64,000 nucleotides of DNA. Origin: Amoebophrya sp. A120. Taxonomy: Eukaryota > Protista > Dinoflagellata. This document shows, one piece after another, positions 36,041 to 48,400 of the stretch (within the stretch, counting starts at the first letter, position 1; each line of letters begins with the position of its first letter). The DNA lies in NCBI GenBank assembly GCA_905178155.1, contig CAJINV010000008.1:372001-436000 (forward strand), written 5' to 3'. The notes below the pieces were generated by a model. That model was given only the letters and a program-made list of their open reading frames with translations. It was not told where the DNA came from and ran no database searches. A program made the translations under genes and the position numbers.

Positions 36041-38417
36041 CTTCACCCTTGTTTTTGGGCCCGGGAGCAAAGCAGAACGAAATCAAGATTCGAAGCTGTG
36101 CGGCCCGACTCCTCTTCGAGCGCTGTCTGTATGTAACTAATGCGCTTTTCCTGCAAGAAACTTTATTCAGCAGAATTGATGTGAGAATGAGAAATGTGGA
36201 AGGCTTCTTTCGTGGCAAAATATTTCCTTTTTATACTTCCAGGCGCGGTCATTCTTGTTGTTGTTCTCCCTGCTCACAACTACGCCCACCTTCTTTAATT
36301 CTCACAAAAGATCTAGGACTCCAATTTCGCTTTTCTCATGACGTGCACAACCAGCTCAATGCAGCAACACAAAGAAGGCTGCATAGGAATCGCCGACAAA
36401 ATTTTGTCCGCTTGCACTGCTGTGTCGAATATTCTTCATTGAAACCCAAGGTCTATCGGGCTCTTGCATGCTTTCCTTGCTGGTTTCGCAGAGACAGCAA
36501 GCGTGCTTAGAATGTCTGACATGTTTTTTGTATGTACAAGCGCATTTTCCATCTCATGAATTTTATTTGTTCTGCAAGTGGGGAAGCAGTATTTCGCCGT
36601 CATCTGGTGCTGCAAGCGCCCTTAAATGCGACGCGCTTGATTTCAAGTCTACTACGTTTTGAAAAAAACAACTCGACGACGAAGCGAGGACAAGGACCCC
36701 TTGTCCCACTAGCCTATGCATACATACTGTGAAACCTTTCACCAGGGGTCAAAGTCTCGCACCGCCTAAAAACCCGACAGAGCTGGAACCTGTAGAAGTA
36801 CATCTGGGCGGAGAAAAATGTCGTTGCGATCTTCTCGCCCTACTCAGTTATACTTATATATATATATTCTAGTAATTTTACAAACTATATCAGATCGCTT
36901 TGGTTTACACGCTTTTAGAATCTGCAGATAAATAAATCTCATCAGTATGAGAAGACCTATGGCTTCCACCTTGTCTTTCTCTTTTTGCTTTTCTCATTTT
37001 ATTTTCATTGGTACAAGCGCCCCCCTCTTTATTCTTAGAACAACAACGACTACGACAGCAAAAAACTGCTGAAAAATATAGCGCTAGAAGGCCTGAGTCC
37101 GCAGAGACGCTTCCGAGCTCAAGGAAAGCAACTTCACCAGCAACTCAGGAACTAAGCACGGTCATGGACGTTGCAGCGGGAAGCTACTGCTTCCGGATGC
37201 CTCCGCATGCGGAAACTGAGCAGCCCCGATACTCCGTGGCAGCTGCGCAAGATGTGTTGGTCTCGTCGCCCGCTTTTGCTGTGCACTTGCAGGAGTCAAT
37301 AATGGCCCAGAATATGACCAGCTCAACTGTTACATTCTCAGCTGCTTGCAGATTCATTTTTTGTGACCCAGGCGAAATCAATTTATGCAAAATATCACAT
37401 CTCCAGCGTGTTCCTCTTTTGCATCAGGACGCCCACGTCCACGAGCGCGAGCACTGTATATTCTTGCTTTGCGCCTCGCGTGGTCCTCGTGACAAGGTTC
37501 TTTTCAAACAACAGACACCAAGCGGGCCTTGTAGAAGGAAAGCTTGTGGCAACCATACAAGGCACGCAAGTAACGGCATCGGCAACGGTAAGGAGCGCAG
37601 ACTAAAGAGTAGTCGCAATGCCAGCGATATCATCACCATCTGCAGGTGAAAAAGAATAGCCTCGAGACTGTAACCTGAGAACTAGACCATACAGATGTTG
37701 GAGCACTTCAGCTTGTCACGGTCAGCTATGGTCGTTGGAATTGTATGATCTTGCACAATTATCCCTCGGACTTTTCTAGATTCAAAGACGGAAACATCAA
37801 AAGTCCATCTTCATAGGATGCCTTATTTCGGAGTTGCACCACTGGGACTGTGTCTGTATGACGATGCGCACCTCGACAGCGCCGCGCGTTATAAGTACCT
37901 AAAGTTAGTTGCACATTTGTGTTGTCTGTAGGCTTGTCACAACAGCGCTGCACTTCTTTCCTTCGTTTTCGTGCAGCTCCTCAATGAACTCAAGCGAAGG
38001 AAAAATTGTGCAACTTCGTAGTTTGGCGAGTCGCCGTACATTGTGACTCCAACGCACGTATTGTGAAAAAAAGCACCCCCCTGTGATTTCTTTGCACGGC
38101 GATCTGCTTGAAGCTGTTTCTATCTTCTATCTACTTACTTGCTCCTGTAGCAAGTACATGACGCGTTTGCTTTGCATGGCCAAAACTTGAACTTGTTGCG
38201 TTGCGCCCCTCGCCTGCGCCTGTCTCATCAAAATAAAAAGACACGAGTGAAAGTAGGTGAAACTAGTCCTTGCTAGTGGACGACATCGACTTTCCGTACC
38301 TACACAGTCATCTGAGCAATCTTTAAAAATTGGGCACCAGTGCTATCGCAATTGCTGCACGACTTTCTGTTTCTTCTTCGGAGCTTTATCAAATATGTAT
38401 CACAGGTGGAGACCCGT

Positions 38418-41400
38418 TTAGTAGGTTGGATAGCACTCCGGCCGAATGCACTCGCGATCCATGAAACCGGTCGTGACCATGTCCTCCTGCCAGTTATCCC
38501 GGATAGGGCGAAGGCCAGGAAACTTTGCCTTGTAACTCTCCGGGAGTGCACGTGTACTGGTTTCGCCGAAGGTGGTTTCGCCGAGAAAGCATCCTATGGC
38601 CCCCTCAACTGTTGTTACTCACATTTTCATCAGCTGTTCTTGCATTCATCTTTTGGCGATCATGATTTCATTTGTAATGTTTTTTTTCCAGCTAATGCCA
38701 GGCATGGTGTCGCGACAAGTAACAGGGAGGTGGAGACCACCTGTTACATTCCAAACAAAAAGAATTTGTGTCGATATACAAAGAAAACGAAAACATCAAG
38801 ATGCTTGCAACGGCTGAAAACGTGAACAAAACTCGTCCTGCAGAGACCACGATACGTCTAGGATGAGGTTTGTGCGGGTCCAAACTCGAGATTTCGTTGA
38901 ACCGTTGGAAGGACCGGTAGAGTCGGTTGCCACTGTCGGCGCAGCGAAAACCCTGCTGTTTTTCAACCGAGCTGGTGGAGTCCAGTCCGTAGGTGGGCAT
39001 CATCTGATATGCGCCCGTCTTCATTATCTGGAAGATACATCGCTCGTCGTCATCGTCGTAGATAAACCCGCCACAGATATCCCGCGGCACGGACATGCAG
39101 TGCCTTTCGCAGCGCTCCAGGAAATCCACCAGCTCCGCCTCGCTCCCCCCGAACTGCCGGAAATCTGTCTCGTGTGGTACGCCTTCGCATCAAGACGAAA
39201 AATTCCCCTCCCCACACGCAGACAGAAATATTTTTCCTCGTGCCAGCAAAGCCAAACAAAACACAAGTGTGGGACAGATATGCTACCATGACTGGCGCCG
39301 GCGCTCGGACGTGAAGCGGAACATTCCTCATTTATCACCAAGACACGGAGGAAGAAGACGGGGCCCGTGGGAGGTAGAACTGACTTACTACTTAGTTACT
39401 TCTGCAAATCCCTGTGACTACGAGGCATGCGCAAACTCAAGCTAATCGATAACATCTGCGCATCGGTATTTATTTTTCAGTGCTGTCGTGTACTACTAAA
39501 GTGCTCTGCTTCCTGTAGGAAAGACACAAGCCATGCTCAACAGCAACATGTTGCAGGCCTGATAGAACTCGAAATCCGCACGCCCATACAGTATGTCTTT
39601 GTCCAACAAACGTATATCAAATACTGTGTCATACCACTGCGCGAAAATCTCACTTCCAACAATATGCGGGGGAGGAGTCGTCTATTTGTGTGTGTGATAA
39701 TCCCCGCGGAAACCGATCGCGGACAAGGTAATTATCGTTGCCAACCGCAGCTAGATTGACTGGTGCGTAAGGATCGTCGTCTGACGTGTTCACACACGTT
39801 TGCGGCTTGTAGTTTTGCGCGGCGTCATCCCACTGAACGTGCTCCAAGAAAACAGACACGTAATTTTCCGGGCTTGTGATAGGCTGATGCGCTTGCCCGT
39901 GACTTTGGAATACGTGTATGGCGTTCTCAAACGTTACATTCTCAACTGTTACATGGATTTGTAACGCAAGAACAGCAATACTGAAAGTGGCACTATTGCA
40001 GCTTTCGCATCACAGATTTTCCACAGATTTAGATGCTATTTAGCCCTTCGAAGATTTGTCATGCTACCCACCTTGATCAAGTGGAGGCTGAAGCTGATGG
40101 CAATTTTGCATGACAAATCCGTGTAACAGTTGAGAATGTAACAGTTGAGAATGCCATAACGTGGTCCCTGTCCGTCGGGCATACAAACACGGTGTACGTC
40201 CCGCGGCCGTTCGCGTCGTTGCCATACAAATGCGCCGTGGCTCCCTTTTGGCAATGTCCTGTGCAAAAACGTTCCGAACTCTTGTTGCGACGTTTTTGTT
40301 ATCTAATGCTGCCTTTCTTAAGTCAGGTGTGCTATTGAAGATGATCACGTGGTCCTTCATTGATCTGTATCCCGAGAACTGCCATGATGATGTTGATCCT
40401 GCCTCTGAAAACTCATTGCTAAATTCGTCATCCACCTACAAAGAGAAACTAGCAACAGGTGGCTTGCCACGTCGACAGCTCGCAGCTGGTATTAGCAAAC
40501 GAGAAATCATATTTTCTTGTGCATCGCCTTATTTGCACAACTCGTGGCTACATTCTCATCCTTGACACAGGCACGTCGTGCTCCTTCGCCAGTCCGAACA
40601 GGATGACGGCTTCAAACTTCCGGCACAGCTAGATTTTTGACATTAGACGAAGGGTGCTCACAACAAGGGCCGGCGACAAATGTTCTCCGACGGTGCACTG
40701 GATAAATAGGTGCGAGTGTACATGACGCCGGTTTTCGTCGTGTCTTGAGAAGGGCCCGGGAATACGATTTCTTCCGAGTCGGAGAATAGTCCGGCCGTGG
40801 CATCCGCATGGCTGAGAGGAAGCGCCTTTTTCCAGAGGGCACGGTCCGGCCAATAGTGAAACCCCACGTGGCCCGCTGGGTCGTCGTCCCACATATTTAG
40901 ATACACCTGCCCGCCGGTTCGCGTAAAGTCAATTCTCGTCTGCGTCTCGTTGAAAGGAGTATCGCGATCGTTGTTCGGAAGTTGCAGGTGACGGCACTGG
41001 TCTTGTGCCTTTGCTTTGTGGTGCGAGTCAACGTAGTTGCGGTCCCATCGTTGCGGCAGCCTTTGAAGCTTATATAGGCGGTCGGAGTGGCTGTGGATGT
41101 GTTCTGTCGGGTTGGCCTGCAGCCCGCGCCGGATCCATTTGAACGGAACCTGGACCACCGGCGGGTCATTCACCTTTCCAGTATGAACTTCAAACGGCGG
41201 GGCAATGCGGTACACACTGACCGCTTTACCGCTCCCGCACTTGAAACCGGCATCTGCATATCGCGGGCACTCCACGCATGGAGAGTTGACCTCGTCCGAA
41301 ACAAACGTCAGAAGCTCGTTGGTGCAGCGACACCGGTACTGCGTCCGGTCCACTTGGTACCCGGCCTTGTCCGCATCGGCTTCTACTAAGATGCAAATGT

Positions 41401-43633
41401 CCCCCGACCACCGTAAAAATGGACAACGACACTTCGCGCTTTTCGATTTGTCGGTGTGTGTCAACGAGGATAATAGTCGCGGTGCGCGTCATTCTAAATC
41501 TCGCAGCGGCAGCCCGTTTCTCTTTCTTCTACAGCATGAGAGTAAAAGTGCAAATCCAAGGTTTGAAGTAGTCCCTGTGGATTATCCTTCCCCGTCCACC
41601 TCTAAGTCTCACGATGACAGGCATGGATTGATAGCTGTTGATGGGTAGTTCGCTTGAAAGGACGAGAGAGCTTCAGATATTGTATTATTGCCCATCTACG
41701 TGTACTATGATTTTTTATTTTATTCCGCAAACTCTGCATGAAAACATAGCCCACAGTTTGGTTTGGAGAAACTGTGCATAGGATGAATGTGCTTCCATAA
41801 TAACAGTCTTGCAGGTATTCACTTGACGCTCAGCTTGCAGAAAGTAGGTAGTGGCGCTAACGTTCAGATGGCTGGATAGCGCGGTGCTGAGGGGACCTTG
41901 CTCTTGATATAATCAGAAATCAGACCGGAGGCCCCCTCGTCTTCATCTCCTAGAGAGATGCCTGCATATTGAAACGGAATCAGGTTTTCTGCTCCCTCAT
42001 TTCCGGGCTATTATGCATTCCAAATCCAAAATGTCACCCTTGTGTGAACATGAGCTCCTGCATCAGAAAATCAACAATTCTTCGCATCGCAGCAATAGCA
42101 CGGCAAAAATCACGCGAATCTCCAGTACGAATCGAGAACGAGACAAGGCCAAGAAAGCGGAATTCTTCATCGACTACATATCGTGTTACACTGCAGAACG
42201 CAACTCAATAAACGAGCGTGGTGACACTCTACATTTATGTAGCGCATACCTCTTTGACATCTTTGATAAGATTGTACGTGTTTAGGTGCTCAGTTTGGTC
42301 AATGAGACTGGCACGGTAATTGTGCATTGCAAAAATGTCTGGCTCGTCGGGAATGAATATTGCTGCATATCTGTGGCTGAGAAGCCCTCGCAAAACCTCC
42401 TGTGCTCTCGGGGCTTGCGTGTGCGTCCCAGTAGACCGTCTATTCTTACAAGAACTAGCAGGTGCGACAAAAACTGCAGGACAAACGTGTAGCGCTCTGA
42501 GCCAGACCCAAATATCTCTGCAGCTGATAGTACTCCAACGCACACCATTCAGCGCAGCGGTACACGGCGGAAGGCTCCAGCTGGTAATCGCCCGTCAGCA
42601 ATTGCAGTGAGTCACTGGACGGCTTGGTGTCTTTGGTAGCAGAGCCTGTGCCGCGCGACTGTTCTCGGGACTCCAAGAACGGCAGCTCATCCCAGGCATC
42701 AGCTCCGGCTCTGTTGTCCTCGTCGTTCGGATCTGTGTCATGTGTGTGTCCCCTCTTTGGACCGACATAGCAGCCCACTTCTGTCAGAGCGGCCTTGTTT
42801 CCGATCGTGCTCTCAAACTCTGCGTTTGCCACATTGAGAGGTTTGTGGTTCGGGTACCCCGTATCCTGGTTCTGCAAGGTCACGCGAAGCGATTCAAGAG
42901 GACCGCCGCCAAGAATAGGATGCGTACTCCAAAAGGGTAGGCGTGCCACATCGTGTTTACTTGTAATGTCCGTCACCCAGCATTTATCACAAAGAAAAAA
43001 GCACATCCATACCATGTATAAACATTGTCCATTTCGATACCGACGTGATTGGAAAGCATTCATTCAGTCAGTAGGTGCTTACCCGGGTTTAGAATTTGTT
43101 AGCTTCGTTTCTTTCATCAAGTCTTCTTTTCTCGGATGATTGGAAAGCCAGAGTATACATTGATTTCATGATGAACACGAAAATCCAATTGTTTTCTGCC
43201 AACATGATCACGCGCAGGCGAAGAACTTTCCTGTTCATGCCTATCCTGTGTCCGCTCTGCGTGAAAATTCCAATAAGGATGCGTACATCATGACGTCAAC
43301 CCTTTCAGATATGGTGTGACAGTCCGTTTTTTCCTGATAGTATTGGTTCGTGTTGAGTGGGCTGACAGGGGTCTGACCACTCGTGCTGGCAGTCTTGCTT
43401 GCGGTCTTCCCCTTGGTTGTACGACCATGCTGCTCCTTCTGCTGGAGTATCAACGAGGCTGCTCCGCTCTGTTGTTTTTTCTGGCTTTCTGGGATCTTCC
43501 ACACGCCGGCGGCATTAATCAGCAATGCAACTTCTCGTAAGTAGCATGCGATCGCGACACTGCTTCGTGCGTAACTGACTGCCGAGGACCATCTTCTCCT
43601 ACCCCGGCTGCGACGAGGTCGAACCATCGTCAC
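38418..43633 (-). CDS. Putative secreted Cys-rich protein with WSC-like and PAN/Apple-like domains (paralog A); multi-exon
   Basis: Hydrophobic N-terminus. WSC-like GCY...CAEWC...CRCTN...C.EC...KCGSGKAVSVYRI, and PAN-like LERCERHCMSVPRDICGGFIYDDDDERCIF. Confidence 0.65.
39188..39699. mobile_element. Decayed family-A-like introner (512 bp)
   Basis: Left TIR CATCAAGACGAAAAATTCCCCTCCCCACA; right end ATATGCGGGGGAGGAG...TGATA. DRs are only 2/5 identical. Removal plus 5 nt gives DRFPRG-CVPHETDF in frame. Confidence 0.6.
39917..40158. mobile_element. Introner (242 bp, ~46-bp TIR), DR ACGTG
   Basis: ACGTG(39912-39916) TATGGCGTTCTCAAACGTTACATTCTCAACTGTTACA...TGTAACAGTTGAGAATGTAACAGTTGAGAATGCCATA ACGTG(40159-40163). 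Removal gives VCPTDRDH-VFQSHGQ. Confidence 0.93.
42321..42529. mobile_element. Decayed family-B introner (209 bp), DR GTAAT/GTACT
   Basis: TGTGCATTGCAAAAATGTCTGG...CCAGACCCAAATATCTCTGCAGCTGATA, similar to 45743-46044. Removal gives CALEY-RASLIDQ in frame. Confidence 0.8.
42985..43339. mobile_element. Decayed introner (355 bp), DR GCATT/GTATT
   Basis: TATCACAAAGAAAAAAG...GTTTTTTCCTGATA. Removal plus 5 nt joins ORFs 43241-43633 and 42455-43063 in frame (NTNQ[Y/C]-WVTDIT). Confidence 0.75.
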
Positions 43634-45439
43634 TCAACAAAACAGATCTGATCCTTACATTTTATGCACTTGCAACTATATCTGCGAGGGGTTATATACC
43701 TCCCGGATCCCTAAGTGTATGAGTGCCGGATTTGTAGTCGTGCAGGCATGATGAAGCAGAGGGAGCGGGCGTCGTTTATTCAAAACACGGCATGCATTCG
43801 TAGTTCCTCTGGCGATTTCGTTCTAGTATGCGCCGCCTCCCTTGGAGATCCTCGTCGTGAGACTGAGAGATTGTGTGCGGAAATGATATTACGCAAGAAC
43901 TTGTCCGCAGCGGGAATCGGCAACACTGATGATTGCGCCGCCCTGCTCCAGTACCAGACCTAGCTATCTGCAAACGACAGTGCATGGACTGTCGAGGAAG
44001 AGGTGTTTATTCGTCGGTACATCCGTTTTACGGTCTTGCGGTCCACCTTCCATGCCTGTCGCTTGCCCCTCGCAGGTTCAAACCTGGAACCCGAAGTTCA
44101 AGACACCTTCACCAGTCAAAGACGCATCAGAACGTGCTGCGTGCTTGTGCCTAAGACAGCATGACACTCGCCATCTTCATGCGGCTTCAAATTGCATTTG
44201 CATCGCTCTTTGTTCATCGAACTGCAACTGTCTACTTTACTACATTCCCCGTGGCAGTAGTGGAGCCCTCTCATCTTGGACCCCTCTTCCGCTCACCCGG
44301 AACAAGCATTCGAAGTAGAAAGACCAAGATAAAGAGGAATACTTGCTTCCTGGATCTTGTAGCTTACGCTCTCATGTGTTCTGAACCTATCTATCATGTG
44401 GTAGGAGGTTGTTTCATTTGCAAGCGTTTATACAGGTGCAATTGTTTTTCCCACACATGGGCTTGTTTTGATTTTGCTTTTATGATGAGACATTTATTGC
44501 AGACTTACAAAAACGCGACTGCTCAAGCGCTCTTCGACCCTGGCCTTGGGTAGATAGACCGCTAGAAAGAGCAGCGGTAGGTGTAACTGCAATCAACTTT
44601 ATGCAATGTTGAAAAAAACATGAAGCAAGTACGGAGCGGCAGCGCCCTGCCATATTATACAGATTGAAACAGCACCAGCACATTGCATATCTTCTTGCTC
44701 TTGGAGAATCGTCGGTAAGTTCAGGTGAAGCAGGTGTCCAATGCAAATGCGTCACAGGAGTCCTTCGCACGAAATGGAATCTGCTATGCTTGCTTCTGCC
44801 ACTGGCTGCCACATGTAGTGGCACTGCCTGACTATCTGCTCGTCGCGGCGGACCTAAATTCTGAAGCTTGGAAACAAAGCTGATCAGTCTAAAGCTATGC
44901 ACCTTTATTCCACAATTCTGTGACGCGTTTGCATATCACTGCGGTGTGCTATACTCATTTCTCCACCATTATAGTGCTTGCAGGATAAAAAAAAGGTTAA
45001 GGTGTCTGGTAGTGCCTCGGGTGTCGTTGCGAGCACCCTTCACTTCTCCCTTAGTTTGAGTTTGTTAAGGTTAATATATAAAGTAGATTTTATAAAACAT
45101 TTCCTTTCCCCGGCACGTGCAGAAACGAGCAGAAAAGTAGTACGCTAGTATCGATTGACTACTCTGACCGTACGAAGCATCCGCCCTCGCCCGGCACAAT
45201 TGAATTGGCTCTCAAAATCATCGCAGCGTCACTATCTAGTAATTGTGTCTTCGTGTTTTCCGTAAAGCAGTGGATCGATTATTCTTAAATTACATGTGCA
45301 TTTCTGAATATTAATTCATTATCCCCAGGAGCGGGCTTCGTGTTTTCTGCGCCTCCCCGCGATCGCCGCACCGTCTCAAACAGTCGCAGAGAGGTCCGGC
45401 GTAAGGACAAACTCCTACATAAGCACGTGCTCCGTCTGC

Positions 45440-48400
45440 TCATGGAACATCGGGGCGCGGCACAGAACCAAAGTTGTCGATGGAGATAACGGCATTCAAA
45501 CGCTGGAAGGATCGCCGGGTGTCCGAGGGGTTGCAGGCCTGTTCTGAGATCTCGGTGCTGTTGCTGAAAAGGCACTTCCCGACGGGCTCGGTTTCGGTGG
45601 CGCTGGAATTGAAGACGTACACAAATCCCCCGCAGCCGACTTGGGACGTCAATCCACAATGCTGCCCGCAGCGCGTTAAAATCCCCATTTCCGTTTCGTT
45701 CTCGAAACGTTCCAGAAACTTGATGCCTTCGACGTTGGCGGTTATCAAATGCAAAAATGTCTGGTTCTGGAAGAGTGCGCGATTTGTCATGCATACCCGA
45801 CTGCACCACATCACGTGCGCGATTTGTCATGCAGCTTTTCCATGACCAATGAGGTCTGGAATGCAGGACCTAGCATGACAGATTCTGTGCGCTCTCTCTC
45901 ATGCCTATGCTGCATGAGAAACTCCCGCCCGACTTGGCCAAAACTGGACGACTTTTGGTAATCATGCAACACAGATTTTTGCAAGCTTCAGATTTACCAT
46001 GACAAGTTGCATTCTTCCAGACCCAGACATTTTTACATTTGATAGCGGTGGCCTTGCCGCAATCTTGAAACCGGTTTTTCACGGTGTGCTCCATGTACTG
46101 TATCATCACTGCGTTCTATCACGAGAAAAAAGTGTTACAGTTACACACTTGTTGGAGTTTCTGCATCACAAATTTTCTCTGTGTGGCAGAGAAAACTTGT
46201 AATGCGAAGATCCTAAGGGAAAACAGGAAGGAAAAGAGGCTCGGAAGCATTTCCCGCATGAGAAAGGTTGTCTCTGTTGCCAGTCTTGCATGACAATGTG
46301 TAACTGTAACACTTTTTCTTGCGATACGTTCCCGAACGGATTGTCTGCATACGGCTTCTTGGGGCACACAAACACGGCGTAGGTACCATGCCCGCTGCCA
46401 TCGTTTCCGTACAGCAGCGCTGTGGTCCCTGTTAGTTTAGGGCGGGAGTAAATCTTGCAACATTTCATTTGGATCAACATCTTCTAGCTCGTCCTACTTG
46501 ATTTTTGCTCAAGGCTAGCGCGAAGTCACGGTTCTGCAAAAGCAAAATAAATGAATGTCGTCCATCATAAAATCGTCTTCTTACCGCGAAAATAATTCCT
46601 CTGGTACACCGGACCCTGGAAGGTGACGCCGCTGTCATTGAACTTCAGGCCCATCGGGATAGCCGCACGTTTGTTCCACCGCACTTTTTCTGGCCACTTA
46701 GTCCACCCGAAATGCCCTGTGTTCGGGTGCTGGATCGAGTCCCACAAATCAACGTAAACGGTCATATCCATGTTTGTAAACTGATTTTGTTTGATTTTGT
46801 TTTTCATCCTCACAAAGTCGGAGTCTGCGGAAGCACGACTCAGGTATCTGAAGAAGCATCTGTCCACCTCACGCCTTCTTTTTTTCTTGTGCTGGTTCCA
46901 AAAATAGGAATCACTTTACTAATCATCGTGATGAAACAGCTCCTGTACGTCCAAAGAGGTCTGTATCGCGTAGCTTGGCGTGGCTGCGTCGTCGTTAGGC
47001 AGCTGCAGATAGCGGCACAGAGGGTCCAGCTGCGACGGCCACGACTCCATCAGAAAAGGTCGATCCTCGAATACTTGCGTCTCGTACTTCTTCAGGAGCT
47101 TGACAGGCAGCGAACGAAATTTCTTTCCACTGGTCTGATTTACCTCGAACGGCGGGGCTGTAGGTGTAGGAGTGAGAACAATACAATTAGAATTATGTCC
47201 AGGTAGCGTTGTGCATATTTATGCTAAACAACTTTGCTGCATATTTATTTGTCGCCTCTTCGACGTCTGACACCCTCGTCCGTCCCATCTCGCCTGATGT
47301 CTTCATCCACAAGGACATAAGTAGTAGGCATGGTGCGTGATTTTTCCAACTTTCTTAGACTTTGTCCTTATCGATAGAAGATGAAGTTCAATTCATATGA
47401 CATAGATACATCACCAACCGCTGCATTCCTACTTCTTTAGGCGAGCGCGTAAACCTAGAAGTAGAATAACCATGAAGAAAAAGCGTAGCTGTAAATACTG
47501 ATGCGAAAGATGCTGACGGCATCCGAGGAACCACACTTGAGGCCAAGAGTCTTGTCCTGTTCGCGGTCCGCGCATACGTCGCAGTTGCCCATTTCTCCAA
47601 ACCGGTAGATGCCAGTCGCGCTCGTGACATCGTCCCCGCAGTAACACTTCAGCTCGGTATCGCCCGCACTGCCTCCACCCTGAATGCCGATGAACTCGTA
47701 GGGGTAGAGCCCGTCCACTACTTTCTTGTCTCCCAAGGTAGCATCGAGGGAACAGTACTCGGCACAAGCGGTAACGAAGGACTCATTAGCGGCTCAGTAT
47801 GCCGTCACGCAACTACGCCTCCGTCCAAAAATTTTGTCACGGTGCTCTGGATGGGTGGTGGTCCCGTTGCTCTTCATAATGAAGATGATGTCGTGCTGTC
47901 TCTCTCCTACATCTACTGCACAAGACTGATAAAAATTTGAGGGCGGGGGCATAGTTACATTGTATACGAGATTCATACTCTGCAAAGTAATTTCGTTATC
48001 CGGGAACGCGTGATCAGCACCAGACGCTGCAGTCCAGCAGCCCATATCTTGGAAGTCCTGTTTTGCACAGATTGTGCTGTTTCCGTTCGGGTAGGCGGCC
48101 GCCGGCGGGTCTGGGGGCGAGGCGTCTGCGGAAACTCTTGCGATGACCTTTTCGTTCAGGACGGCGGAAGAGGATGCTGCTGCCGACGCTTTCTTTTTTA
48201 CCACTTTATCACTAGTACTTCTCGCTGTTGTCTCTGTTTTCTTCTTGGACGTTAATGCGGTGCTTGGATCTGTTTCCTCGCCCGTCAGAACGGACGTGCT
48301 CTCGAGCTGCTCCTTGCTCTTGTCGAGCTCCTTGGTGTGCAAGGCGGTGCGGAGTCGGGCCACTTCTTTTTCTTGCTCATGAAGTCTCGCTTTTACCCGA

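Noticed and set aside
37000-38200. Cys-rich minus-strand exon-like fragments (similar ones at 43700-44900)
   Set aside because: I could not assemble a consistent spliced gene. They may be real small genes, but the sequence alone does not support a call.
46501-46513. ATTTTTGCTCAAG resembling the 3' end of the dinoflagellate spliced leader
   Set aside because: Only 12/13 nt, antisense to the genes and apparently intronic, so compatible with chance.
46845-47011. Apparent TATCTG...CAGATA inverted pair as another introner
   Set aside because: The right arm lies in coding sequence conserved with paralog A (CRYLQLPND vs CRHLQLPNN), and the DR matches only 2/5.
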